Source of the DNA: an uncultured virus (IMG/VR IMGVR_UViG_3300027963_000042)
Taxonomy: Duplodnaviria > Heunggongvirae > Uroviricota > Caudoviricetes
Length of the DNA: 64,000 nucleotides
IMG/VR virus record: IMGVR_UViG_3300027963_000042
Span: 1 to 64,000 of that record
Strand: one strand, 5' to 3'
A model generated the notes under the pieces. The model was given only the letters and a program-made list of their open reading frames with translations. It had not been told where the DNA came from and did not search any database. Of this stretch, positions 47,703-57,512 are shown piece after piece; positions within the stretch are counted from its first letter, which is position 1, and each line of letters starts with the position of its first letter. A program made the position numbers and the translations under genes.

Positions 47703-47762
47703 GATTTTTTTGTTTTTTTAAATTGTTATTATTTATACTTGTTTATTACCGATTGTTTCATC

Positions 47763-48326
47763 TTATCTGCTAATTAATACAGATTTTTTTGTTGACCCCT
47801 GTTGAACTGACCAATTAGACCCTAAATAAGAAATGATAATTGACTTCATAAACTCAATATATTCACCCTTACCGTCAAATTCTAAATTGTCCTGTATTTC
47901 ATCATATATTCTATTGGTCTTAGGATTTGATTCTAGATAGCTGCTTAAACATTTCGATGCATATTCCATTATTCTAGAAACCTCATTTCCACCTGCTTTG
48001 AATTTCATAGTGTTAGGCTGGGGAACTTCCTCTTTCTCTACCGCTATGTCTTCTATTAATTCATGTGAAATTTCATTTAATGTAAGCACACAATATGAAT
48101 TTTTAGGTCCATCTATAACTTCATTATTGGAATATTTTCCGATTATGAAATGAAATCCTTTTTCATTCTCACCCCTTTCATCCTCTATATTAAAGAAGTA
48201 GTTGTAAATATCCCCGTTTTTTACCAAGAGGAAAGGAGAAGTACCGAATCCATCTGATTCATGCATAGACCTTGACTCCAGATCATTTATTTTGAATTGC
48301 TCGAATGTAGATATTATTCTTCTCAT
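47763..48326 (-). CDS. Hypothetical (putative virion) protein
   Basis: MRRIISTFEQF N-terminus. Confidence 0.7.
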   Translation of the reverse strand: MRRIISTFEQFKINDLESRSMHESDGFGTSPFLLVKNGDIYNYFFNIEDERGENEKGFHFIIGKYSNNEVIDGPKNSYCVLTLNEISHELIEDIAVEKEEVPQPNTMKFKAGGNEVSRIMEYASKCLSSYLESNPKTNRIYDEIQDNLEFDGKGEYIEFMKSIIISYLGSNWSVQQGSTKKSVLISR

Positions 48327-48334
48327 TTTATTTT

Positions 48335-50356
48335 TTATTTTTCTATATTTTCTTTTAGAGATTCATTCTCAAGATCTGCGATTTCACTCTCAGTTACGAT
48401 TTCCTCTGATTCTTTAATTTCCTTTCCGTTAATAGAAGAAAGTAAACTATTATAGAAAGAAGAAACACCCTGTGGTACAAGCTTTTTAAATGTTAGGAAA
48501 TCTTCGTTCCCTATGGAATTTCTAATTTCTGTTCCTGTCGTTGTTCTTGGGGTTTCTACAACTTCTATTTCTTCAGAGAAATCACCGCCAGCTTTTTTAA
48601 GGTATTCTGATTGTTTCCTGTAATCATCCACCCTATCGTCGCCAGCTCCTATTAGATTAACTTTATACCCCATTTCTTTTGCTATACCATATATAACACC
48701 CAATAATCCTTTTTTAGTTGCAAAATATCCATCAATTAGTCCAGGATGATCCTTAACTACTGCTTCCATATACTTGCCAATAAGATCCTCATTGAATGGG
48801 GATTTGCCCGATTTATTATGACCTGGATTAACCACAGCAACTATACTAGGTAAACCGTTTTTCTCTTTAAGTAATTTTGCCATCTTTATATGACCATTAT
48901 GGAAAGGCTGGAATCTGCCAACTAAAATATTAACCTCATTAAGCTCCGGTTTTTTGTCTTCCCCTTTTTCATCTAATTTAGGTTTTTCTATGTCCTTCTT
49001 AGTTGTATCTATTGTTTCCAAAGCCGAGATAAATTCATTATAAGAACAGAAGTGATCATCATCCTTAGTGCTCTCTTCAGATTCACTAGTTACGTAATCA
49101 ACTTTTTTAGGCTTTAAATTATTCTTTTTAAAATCTAAAAATGAAGGCATTTCTGACTCCATTACAGCAGGTTTCTTTGTTTCAGTCTCTACCCTTTTTT
49201 CTATTGAGGATACGAGTAAATTGAATTGATCTATTATACCTGGTGTGATTATTCCACCTGCTCTCTTTTTAATCTTTCTGAATGAATTAAGAATAAGCTT
49301 AAATAGCGATCCAAAAGCTTCGTCTTCTTCCAAATACTTTAGTACTCTTCTGTCAGTTATAAGATTCTTATTCAGTCTGAAGTCTTCTTTCTTTAAATAT
49401 TCTGGCTCTTGAAAATCTGCACCTTTGTATTTGTATCCATATTCGTCTAGGAATTTAGAGAAGACATCAGAAATAAAAGAAATGTATCTCTCATCTTCGG
49501 TAGTTCCTGCTATTTCAAAAGTATCCACACCATTTTCTAGTATAAAGTTCATCACATCAAGTATAGTGATACCTAAGAAATCACTAGGTTTTTCCTCTGT
49601 TCTTTTCTTAGCCTTTGATTTTGCAAGCTCGGTAAAAACAGGATCTACCATTTTAGATAAAATAGGTTCTTGCTCTTCATCTTCTTCCCCGAATCTAAAT
49701 ACTATTCCTTCTATTGGCTTTTCCAAATCTGCATTTAGAGCAGTCTTTTTTAATTCCGGATTAAGCACACCAATAATAAATGCAACGAAACTTCTTGTTT
49801 TATATTCGGTTACAAGATCTTCGAAAGGTGTTCTTAAGAAATCGAGTATTCTATCTTTCTGCTCTTTTTCAAGATATCCCTGAAAAATGATAGGCGGTCT
49901 TTCTACCCCTAATAAATCTGCCCATGTATCTAGATCATTCTTACCTTGAATTGTTCCCTTAGGTTTTTCGCTCTGATCTTTCTTATGGATATAAGAAAGT
50001 ATTAGATTATTCTTAGGCACTTCATCATAAACGATCTCAACTGGAGCACTATTTGCAAAGTACTCTAATCCAAATCTCCATCCCCTAGGAATTTCTTTTA
50101 TTATGTGGGGAGGCAATGATTCAATATACTGTATTGGTTTTTCGTAGTACTTCATTAAAGTCCTATCTACCAGGGTTATTGGATTTCTCTGATCTCTTTT
50201 ATAAAAATTAAATTTTCCTGTTTCGCTATCTCTTTCAACAATGAAAGCAGACCCGTCCATTTTCTCGTTAACGGTAACATAAGTGTTGAAAAGATTATCG
50301 ATGAAATCTTTCCCCTTCTTATTATAGAGATCGTATAAATGACTAATTCCTGCCAT
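48335..50356 (-). CDS. ATP-dependent ligase-like nucleotidyltransferase domain fused to HIGH-family cytidylyltransferase/NMNAT-like domain
   Basis: NEKMDGS, GLEYF, EGIVFR, SKMVD; C-terminal GRFQPFHNGH, GDDR. Confidence 0.7.
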   Translation of the reverse strand: MAGISHLYDLYNKKGKDFIDNLFNTYVTVNEKMDGSAFIVERDSETGKFNFYKRDQRNPITLVDRTLMKYYEKPIQYIESLPPHIIKEIPRGWRFGLEYFANSAPVEIVYDEVPKNNLILSYIHKKDQSEKPKGTIQGKNDLDTWADLLGVERPPIIFQGYLEKEQKDRILDFLRTPFEDLVTEYKTRSFVAFIIGVLNPELKKTALNADLEKPIEGIVFRFGEEDEEQEPILSKMVDPVFTELAKSKAKKRTEEKPSDFLGITILDVMNFILENGVDTFEIAGTTEDERYISFISDVFSKFLDEYGYKYKGADFQEPEYLKKEDFRLNKNLITDRRVLKYLEEDEAFGSLFKLILNSFRKIKKRAGGIITPGIIDQFNLLVSSIEKRVETETKKPAVMESEMPSFLDFKKNNLKPKKVDYVTSESEESTKDDDHFCSYNEFISALETIDTTKKDIEKPKLDEKGEDKKPELNEVNILVGRFQPFHNGHIKMAKLLKEKNGLPSIVAVVNPGHNKSGKSPFNEDLIGKYMEAVVKDHPGLIDGYFATKKGLLGVIYGIAKEMGYKVNLIGAGDDRVDDYRKQSEYLKKAGGDFSEEIEVVETPRTTTGTEIRNSIGNEDFLTFKKLVPQGVSSFYNSLLSSINGKEIKESEEIVTESEIADLENESLKENIEK

Positions 50357-50366
50357 GTTTTAAATT

Positions 50367-51299
50367 TTAACCAATTCTGTTTATTTCTGTTGGTATTTCT
50401 AGACCAGCTCTTTCAAGATATTCCAGAAATCTTTGTTTTATTTCAGGTAATCTTTCGTGTAGATCAAATTTTGGATCTTCTATTATATCTAATAAAGCCT
50501 CGAAAGTTTTAACATCCTCTAGTTTATATCCCTGACCCAATGCAAAGTTTATAAATTCTTGAGGATCTCTTGTCACAAATCTTTCGCTTCCCTCTAATTT
50601 CTTAGAGTGTTTTAATCGGGGGATTCTAATTCCTTTGTATGATTTCGTGTGCCAATATAATCCGTCACTAAGAATCAATACAGGTGCATTATAGTCCATG
50701 ATTTCCCCAGTTTCATCTGTATCTATTATTTCTTTTCTAGCGGATAGTATGGCTGATAAAAGCCAGTTTCTGTGTGCTGATTTGTATTTACTCTCGTCCA
50801 CTTTATAATTGGGCGAATAGTAAATAAAATCTGCCCATTCCATGCTGGATAATGGGATAAGGTCCAATTGAACTATGCCCTTTTGTAAATCACCTTCTAT
50901 TGGCCAGCCAAGGCTAACCACGTTTAATCCCTTCAGATAATTTATTTCTGGTTCAAATCCAAGTGCTTCTGCAAGTTGTGTTCTTAGTATGCTATCAACC
51001 GTTGCCGAACATTCTTTAGCGCCTACCCCATGCTCTCGTGAAAAGAAAGTTGTATCATAGCCAAGATCAAGATCACCTGATGTGTCATCGGGATTCTTTT
51101 TCTTACCTATGCTTCCGATTATAATATATTCCTCCCCGTACTTATCAACATCTATACCTAGAATGGGGAAAAGAATTTCTTTGATACTATCAAGGGTTTT
51201 AGGAAATTCATCTTCACGAATTCTCCTTGAGGTTTTTATGGCAGCGCCACCCTCAAATATCTTGGAAAAGCATGAAAAATTTAAAACAGTATTACCCAT
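50367..51299 (-). CDS. Pol-beta superfamily nucleotidyltransferase
   Basis: IGSIGKK..SGDLDL..VQLDLI. Confidence 0.7.
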   Translation of the reverse strand: MGNTVLNFSCFSKIFEGGAAIKTSRRIREDEFPKTLDSIKEILFPILGIDVDKYGEEYIIIGSIGKKKNPDDTSGDLDLGYDTTFFSREHGVGAKECSATVDSILRTQLAEALGFEPEINYLKGLNVVSLGWPIEGDLQKGIVQLDLIPLSSMEWADFIYYSPNYKVDESKYKSAHRNWLLSAILSARKEIIDTDETGEIMDYNAPVLILSDGLYWHTKSYKGIRIPRLKHSKKLEGSERFVTRDPQEFINFALGQGYKLEDVKTFEALLDIIEDPKFDLHERLPEIKQRFLEYLERAGLEIPTEINRIG

Positions 51300-51837
51300 T
51301 ATTTTTTTGAATCTTATCATAATATCTTCCCATAGCACCACTTAAATAGCTGCTATATTGTTTCTCGTCGTCTGTTTTAGGCTTAAGCGGATTATAGTTT
51401 TTACCGAAGTAGCTTTTACCTTTAAGAGCACCTGATTTATAGAAATCTTCAGCATCTTTCTGTGTAACGTTCTTATCCCCTATTTTTTCCTTCTCCCAAT
51501 CATCCAAGACATCTTTCTCTTTAGACTTAAGATCAGCTTTAGACATTTTAGAATAGCTATCTTTAGAATCACCTTTAAAGAAAAAATCAGAAATAGCAGC
51601 TCCTGAGCTAGCTATCAATCTTCCGAAAAGTGGAATAATTGAATTTATTCTATTAATCGTTGCCCTTCCTCCGTCATCCGGACCTGGATCAGTATCTCCC
51701 CTAAGCTTATCGTACTCGTATTCCATGTTTGCATCCACCTTTCTAAGCCATCTGCTTAGTTTAGTATTGCCTTTATATAAGTCGATTTCACCTTCAGTTA
51801 GCGATTCTGTAAAAGTATCAAATTTCTTTATCCTCAT
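51292..51837 (-). CDS. Hypothetical (putative virion) protein
   Basis: MRIKKFDTFTE N-terminus, GATATATA upstream. Confidence 0.7.
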   Translation of the reverse strand: MRIKKFDTFTESLTEGEIDLYKGNTKLSRWLRKVDANMEYEYDKLRGDTDPGPDDGGRATINRINSIIPLFGRLIASSGAAISDFFFKGDSKDSYSKMSKADLKSKEKDVLDDWEKEKIGDKNVTQKDAEDFYKSGALKGKSYFGKNYNPLKPKTDDEKQYSSYLSGAMGRYYDKIQKNNG

Positions 51838-51868
51838 TTCTGTAGTTTTTCTTTATATATCCCTAAAA

Positions 51869-53407
51869 TTAAAGTTTTACCTTGTATATCTTATATTCGA
51901 AGGATTCGTTCTTATAGATCTGAATTCTTGCTTCTGAGTGTTTAAGTAGATAGTTTTGGTACTTAGGCGAAGAAAAGTCATCAACAAAGTCTATTATGTT
52001 AACTTTTTCCTTACCCTCCATCTGTCTCATTCCCCTCCCTAAACTTTGTTTAATTAGAACCTCACTTTTATATGACTCAACCAAAAAAATGTTATGTAGG
52101 TTGTTTATTGAGATTCCCGTTGAGAATGTACCATAGGTTGCAATAAGTATTTTATTATTTCCTGATGCCATTCTTGATTTGTATTCCTCCCTTAAACCCT
52201 CGTTTGTGTCGCCATCTACATAGAAAACCTCTTTTTCGCTATTCTTCTCCCTGAGTAGGTTCCATATCTGTTTGCCATACTCATCCTTAACAGATTGGAA
52301 TAGCACCAAAGAATTCTTAGATGTTTTACTTATAAAGTCTACTACATAATTAAGCCTTTTCTTGCTTTCAACTACAAGTTTTCTCTCCAGATTATAAACC
52401 TCATTCCCTTCTAGATTATTATTATTAAGCTTTAAATCAGCAAGTTTATCCTTATATTCTTTTTCTAACCAATCCATAACGACTATCTTGATTGAAACCG
52501 GTGTTGCATAATTATTATCGAAAAGAAAACTAGGGGATATCTCAACTATAAGTGGACCGAGAAATTGCTGTATAGTCAAATAATCCGCCGTGCCCCTTTT
52601 AGTTAGTGTTCCAGTTAGTCCGAATCTCCACCTAGAGTGCATACAATTTGCAACAATCTTTTTGATAGACATTGAATTTGTATGATGTGCTTCGTCAACA
52701 AAAACCAAATCAGCTTCTTCGAAGAATTCAGGATCTTGTTTAACCAAAGACTGGAATGTACCTATAATAACATCACATCCTTCTCTTAATTTAGATCCGC
52801 CACCTATTTGTTGTATCTTAGAACCTAGCTTATGTAATCCATAATCTTCAAAATCCTCACTACCTTGGAAAACCAAGTTTGTACTAGGAACGATCATAAG
52901 GAACTTTCTAATAAGTCCTTTCTGTCTAAGATATGCAAATATCATAAACGAGATTAGAGTCTTGCCAGATGATGTTGCAACCTCAGAAATCGAGTATCTA
53001 TATTTGATTAGCTTCCATGCTGTCTCAATCTGGTAATCCCTTGGCATCTTATTTGGATCACCGCCAATGCCGCCTTCAAAAAATTCATTAACCCATTCGG
53101 TATACTCCTCCAGGGTCAAGTCCTTACTAACTATTTTATCGAGACCGTTTATCTCGATCTCTATTCTATAATCTTCGCCGATTTGTAAAACTTCTCTCCA
53201 TAGGCCTATTGGAACTTTCCATGCGTTACCCTTCTTTTCAATAAAGCATATATTTCCATCCCAGATTTTTTTCTTAACTAAAGGATGGAAATAGAAGTTG
53301 TGTATCTTCTTGGTTAATGATATATCTATTTGTTTCTTCTCAACCTCGTCAAGTGCTTCAGTTAGCACTATCCATTGATGGTCGTCAGAAACTTGGAATT
53401 TAATCAT
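51869..53407 (-). CDS. uvsW: UvsW-like SF2 DNA helicase
   Basis: PRDYQ, ATSSGKT, VDEAH, GLTGT, FSTGISI, QSLGRGMR. Confidence 0.92.
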   Translation of the reverse strand: MIKFQVSDDHQWIVLTEALDEVEKKQIDISLTKKIHNFYFHPLVKKKIWDGNICFIEKKGNAWKVPIGLWREVLQIGEDYRIEIEINGLDKIVSKDLTLEEYTEWVNEFFEGGIGGDPNKMPRDYQIETAWKLIKYRYSISEVATSSGKTLISFMIFAYLRQKGLIRKFLMIVPSTNLVFQGSEDFEDYGLHKLGSKIQQIGGGSKLREGCDVIIGTFQSLVKQDPEFFEEADLVFVDEAHHTNSMSIKKIVANCMHSRWRFGLTGTLTKRGTADYLTIQQFLGPLIVEISPSFLFDNNYATPVSIKIVVMDWLEKEYKDKLADLKLNNNNLEGNEVYNLERKLVVESKKRLNYVVDFISKTSKNSLVLFQSVKDEYGKQIWNLLREKNSEKEVFYVDGDTNEGLREEYKSRMASGNNKILIATYGTFSTGISINNLHNIFLVESYKSEVLIKQSLGRGMRQMEGKEKVNIIDFVDDFSSPKYQNYLLKHSEARIQIYKNESFEYKIYKVKL

Positions 53408-53419
53408 TATCTATATATC

Positions 53420-53863
53420 TTATTTTACGGTGGACCCTCTTAAATATTCCTCAAGCGATATTCTTTGGCGAACCCCATAAAGCATATGATCCACAGTTTG
53501 TACTGTTTGATCTATAAATTTTCTGTGACTTTCTACAAGCTCTATCTTTTCTGCAATCTCAGTTAAGTCACCTTCAATTAATACTGTCTTTTCATTAGCT
53601 CCATATCTAACATCGCTTCTTTCCGAATAATCCTTTAACTTCTTTGCTCTCTCTACCCTTCCCTTTGAATTCAGTTTAGATACAATAGCTGCTAGCTTAT
53701 AACTATACTCAAGTAAAACTTGGCGTTGGCTGAAAAGATCAACCTGAGCTTTAGCTAGGGTTTTTATATCCTTCATCATGATGGCTATTACTTGTATTTT
53801 CTCTCTCCATTCGCCTCTTTCGTTTTCGAAGATCTTACTAAAATCAGTTTTTTCTGTTGACAT
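53420..53863 (-). CDS. UvsY-like recombination mediator
   Basis: Helical 147-aa protein adjacent to uvsW, as in T4-like phages. Confidence 0.55.
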   Translation of the reverse strand: MSTEKTDFSKIFENERGEWREKIQVIAIMMKDIKTLAKAQVDLFSQRQVLLEYSYKLAAIVSKLNSKGRVERAKKLKDYSERSDVRYGANEKTVLIEGDLTEIAEKIELVESHRKFIDQTVQTVDHMLYGVRQRISLEEYLRGSTVK

Positions 53864-54202
53864 TTAAAATAGTTTATTTTTATCTTTATCTTTATTTTTA
53901 CTGCTAGTTAGACTTACCACCTTAACAGAATTTTTATTTTTTTCGCTCTTCTTTTCTTTAGGTTCCTTTACTACAGGTTCATCAAATTCCGTGCTGACCT
54001 GATCTATTAGATTATCCTTCAGCTTAAGTGGGAATTTTATGCGAGGGGAACTTCTCTCATCACACTGTTTTTCCCATTCACCAGTTTTGTCCGTGCCTGA
54101 GCTAGGATCATTTATCAATAAAATATCTAAGGTCAAGTGCTTCGTTGGTAAAGTAGTTATCAAATCTCTTAATTTTTTTCCCCGTAGTTCTAAGGTGAAC
54201 AA
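53864..54202 (-). CDS. Hypothetical protein, start uncertain
   Basis: ORF overlapping the primase 3' end. Confidence 0.45.
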   Translation of the reverse strand: MFTLELRGKKLRDLITTLPTKHLTLDILLINDPSSGTDKTGEWEKQCDERSSPRIKFPLKLKDNLIDQVSTEFDEPVVKEPKEKKSEKNKNSVKVVSLTSSKNKDKDKNKLF

Positions 54203-55172
54203 CTAGATCATTAAGATCCCATTTTCTATTCTTTGTTATATTATTTTCTTCCAGAAATTTTCCCCAATTGAAAACAGTAAATCCTTTAGCTAAAAGATCC
54301 ACGCTTTTCTCTATTCCTGCTTTATCCCAATCATACCAATATCTTAGATCCTCAAATTCAAACGGAAATTTATTCTCTATTGAGCAAAGTCCAGCAGAAT
54401 TTGTCCACATCCAAGAATCCATTGGTCCTTCGAATATTGTAATAGGCTGACCGAAGTCCAAGAATCCTATACCAAAAACGTGAGATATGGGATCGATAGT
54501 TCTTGCTTTTTCTATAAGCTCTACATCTTTCCAATTTAAGAGTTTTTCGTAAATACCACTTAATTTGTAAGTGAGATATTTAGATGACCCCTTTATTGAA
54601 TTCATGTTTCTAACTTGTAACCCTATTATCTTATCGTCAGGGGTAAGATTAAAAAGAAATAGCCTTTCTTTTTTTCCGTCCCAGGCAAATCTTGAATCTA
54701 TTCTCTGATTTCTTTTTTGGATGTATCTTTGTATTTTAGATCCCCAAACTTCCTGGAGGCTTAAAGCATTCATAAAGTCTGCTCTCTTTATTAAAATATC
54801 AGAGATATCGTTATCGAAAAAATAGCTGATGTCAACCTTACCATATACAGTTCTTCTTTTAGTACGGTTTTCTTCAATGATAGTTTTTATCAGATCCTTT
54901 TCGCTTCCAGTTAGTTTGTTAAGCAAACCAAAATCCTTCATGAGGGTTATAGAATCTTTGAATATTCCGCAACCTCCATTATAGCATTTATATGCCATAG
55001 TATCCAAATAGAAATTTCCCCGTTTCTTTTTACCGTCATTGGAATCACCACAGTACGGACAGGAGAAATTCAATCTGTTACCCGCCTTATAAACAATTTG
55101 TTTTGCCGGATTACCTTGAAATTCTCTGTTGAGTATTACCCCGATTAGATCTTCTATTCTTTCTGGTTGCAT
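54108..55172 (-). CDS. DNA primase (T4 gp61-like)
   Basis: Zn finger CPYCGDS..CYNGGC; TOPRIM FEGPMD..YDWD. Confidence 0.88.
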   Translation of the reverse strand: MQPERIEDLIGVILNREFQGNPAKQIVYKAGNRLNFSCPYCGDSNDGKKKRGNFYLDTMAYKCYNGGCGIFKDSITLMKDFGLLNKLTGSEKDLIKTIIEENRTKRRTVYGKVDISYFFDNDISDILIKRADFMNALSLQEVWGSKIQRYIQKRNQRIDSRFAWDGKKERLFLFNLTPDDKIIGLQVRNMNSIKGSSKYLTYKLSGIYEKLLNWKDVELIEKARTIDPISHVFGIGFLDFGQPITIFEGPMDSWMWTNSAGLCSIENKFPFEFEDLRYWYDWDKAGIEKSVDLLAKGFTVFNWGKFLEENNITKNRKWDLNDLVVHLRTTGKKIKRFDNYFTNEALDLRYFIDK

Positions 55173-55176
55173 AGGA

Positions 55177-55207
55177 TAAAAAAGGGGACAGCAATAAAGC
55201 CGTCCCC
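55177..55207 (-). terminator. Terminator after the SSB gene
   Basis: GGGGAC/GTCCCC stem plus U run. Confidence 0.7.
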
Positions 55208-55221
55208 GGTTAGGTTATCTA

Positions 55222-56196
55222 TTAAAGATCGTTATAAAGATCCTCTAATGAAGATGAAGTTGAGCTAGTGTTAGGTCTAGACGGAGCTTCAGTTTGAGCT
55301 GGTTCTTCTCTTTTAGTTGATCCAACTTTAGTCTGAGCAGCTTCAGCGTAGATATCATCTGATGTACTAGCAGGTGCATTTGGTACGCTTCCAGTCGAAG
55401 CTGTGGCAACACCACCTATGATTTCATTAATAATACGAGCTTCCGGAACGGTGTTCTTAATAACACTCATAATCTTTTCAGTCATTTCATCGTCCCAATC
55501 TTTGTAATCAAAGCTTGTTAGATTTTTAGGACCTTCGTTTAAATATTCCAAGATAGCATTCATGTCATCTTGATCTTTATTCATTGATTTTCCATTTACT
55601 TGAATCGAACATTTCTCGCCAACGAAAGAGCATAAATCGTAGTTGTTCCATTCTCCTACTTTTCTAACTTGGACTGCAAATAATTTACCCTCGAATAAAT
55701 CAAAAGGATTTGATGGTTCGCCATACTCGGGTTGAAGCTGAGCTTCAATAAGCTCGTTTAATTTTTTACCAAATTTAAAGATCATTATCTTTCCTTCTAA
55801 TTCTGGCTTATTCTTGTCCTGAACGATTTGAACTAAAGAATAGTAATCCTCTTTTCTAGAAAATTTCTTAGCAAGCTCTTGATCTGCTGCAGAATGAGAA
55901 TTTTTTAATTTCCAAAAAAGATCTTTAAGAATTGATCTTTTTCCTACTGTGGAAGGACAATCAGCAGAAAATGCATTACCACTAATAGGATCGTTTAGGT
56001 AAACGTAGTACTTGTGGATTTTTGATTTTGCTGGATTAGCTGGATTAGGTACGAATCTCATTAAAGATTTATAAACTCCGTCTTTTCCATCCTCCGGATA
56101 CGGTTTGTAAAATTCAAGGTCTTTTCCTGCTCCTTGTTTAGCAGTTGGGGTTACGAACGCTTCTGCGTCGAGATTGAAGATGTCTAAATTGCTCAT
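55222..56196 (-). CDS. Single-stranded DNA-binding protein (T4 gp32-like)
   Basis: RFVP, CPSTVG, EGKIMIFKFGKK, NPFDLFEG, NYD; acidic C-terminus. Confidence 0.88.
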   Translation of the reverse strand: MSNLDIFNLDAEAFVTPTAKQGAGKDLEFYKPYPEDGKDGVYKSLMRFVPNPANPAKSKIHKYYVYLNDPISGNAFSADCPSTVGKRSILKDLFWKLKNSHSAADQELAKKFSRKEDYYSLVQIVQDKNKPELEGKIMIFKFGKKLNELIEAQLQPEYGEPSNPFDLFEGKLFAVQVRKVGEWNNYDLCSFVGEKCSIQVNGKSMNKDQDDMNAILEYLNEGPKNLTSFDYKDWDDEMTEKIMSVIKNTVPEARIINEIIGGVATASTGSVPNAPASTSDDIYAEAAQTKVGSTKREEPAQTEAPSRPNTSSTSSSLEDLYNDL

Positions 56197-56288
56197 GTTT
56201 TTTAAATTTAATTTTTAGTTTTACTTTTTGTTTTCTTTTTGTTTCTATTAATTTCTATTTTTTCATTAAAATTTTCTTTTTTTTCTAC

Positions 56289-56576
56289 TTATATCTTTGT
56301 GATGTTGTATTCTTTTGTGATTAACCTACCTGTACGAAGACCGTTTTGTGACCAATGTGTTTTTATTGGAGCACTAGCTATATCTCCGTAGCGAGCTTGT
56401 AAATGACCGTTACGATTATTGTGTGATGCTGTTATCTTTGCGATAACACTAAACGAATTTAAAGATGGGTGAGATGCCTCTTCTGCAGAGTATAAATACT
56501 CTGACCTTTTAGAAAAATAGTTTAATTTTCTAGAGGTCTGCTGTGTGTTCTGTTTCAAAATTTCCTTTAATTCCAT
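56289..56576 (-). CDS. Hypothetical protein
   Basis: 95-aa ORF. Confidence 0.5.
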   Translation of the reverse strand: MELKEILKQNTQQTSRKLNYFSKRSEYLYSAEEASHPSLNSFSVIAKITASHNNRNGHLQARYGDIASAPIKTHWSQNGLRTGRLITKEYNITKI

Positions 56577-56733
56577 AAATTTCTCTTAATTCTTTCTTTA
56601 AATACAATGTTATCCAAGTTGCGCCCACAATATCATCAATCGGTTTGTTAACTACCTTAGCTGGTGTTATCCACTCAGTTTTGTTAGTTTCTAATATATT
56701 AGCAAAGATTGCTAAATTTGTTTCATTCTCCAT
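56530..56733 (-). CDS. Hypothetical protein resembling the C-terminal end of a RuvC-like protein
   Basis: VVNKPIDDIVGATWI mirrors VVKKPIEDIVDSVWV of 57499-58167. Confidence 0.55.
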   Translation of the reverse strand: MENETNLAIFANILETNKTEWITPAKVVNKPIDDIVGATWITLYLKKELREIYGIKGNFETEHTADL

Positions 56734-57512
56734 ATATATCCACCTGCTTTATTTCTTTTTCCGTTTATACACAATGATATCTTAGAGGAGGATACACTAA
56801 TATTCTTATTTCTTAAAAAAATAACAGCATCACTTATTGATGGGAATACATCAATATATAATCCGTCTATAGAATATCTTTCCACCTGAACCCTGTTACC
56901 TGGTTTCTTTCCAATCCTCGATTCAGACATTTTATTTCTAGTAAAATACGAGAATCCACCAGATTCAGAAATTAATTTAATTCTATTTTCAGAATGATTT
57001 TTTCTAGAAACGTCAGACCATTTCCTACCAGATGATGCTATGGATCTTAATTTTTTTGTATACTCAGAAAGATTCGATTTTTTAATTTTTTCAATAACAT
57101 CAGTTCTACTCATTACCTCCTTATGTTTAATTGATTTTTTAAGCCTTGCTTCCTCGTTCATAGTTACACCTAATCTACTACCAGCAATACCACATATATT
57201 ATACCCTATATTTGGATTATTCGGATTTAATGTATCCAAGTAATATTGCTCACGTTCCAATAAATCCAATTTATTATCTATAATCTCAAGTATTGCAAAC
57301 TTAAAATATTCATACCCATGTAGATTATACGAATTCTGTAATCGTAAATTGTGATGTTTATTTTTTCCAAGATCTGAAATATGCTTATCGAATCTTTTTC
57401 TAAAATTTAATGCTGAACCTATATAGAATTTATTATCAATAGTATTATAAATTCTATATATACCACTTTTTCTAATATTGTCAGGAGCTATATCTAATTC
57501 ATAATTTTTCAT
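56712..57512 (-). CDS. GIY-YIG homing endonuclease with NUMOD-type C-terminus
   Basis: SGIYRI..FYIGSA..R..H..LEREQYYL..GYN; C-terminal ISLCINGKRNKAGGYIW. Confidence 0.9.
   Translation of the reverse strand: MKNYELDIAPDNIRKSGIYRIYNTIDNKFYIGSALNFRKRFDKHISDLGKNKHHNLRLQNSYNLHGYEYFKFAILEIIDNKLDLLEREQYYLDTLNPNNPNIGYNICGIAGSRLGVTMNEEARLKKSIKHKEVMSRTDVIEKIKKSNLSEYTKKLRSIASSGRKWSDVSRKNHSENRIKLISESGGFSYFTRNKMSESRIGKKPGNRVQVERYSIDGLYIDVFPSISDAVIFLRNKNISVSSSKISLCINGKRNKAGGYIWRMKQI

Noticed and set aside
56712..57512. Group I intron hosting the GIY-YIG ORF
   Set aside because: The ORF overlaps coding neighbours on both sides, leaving no room for intron core elements.
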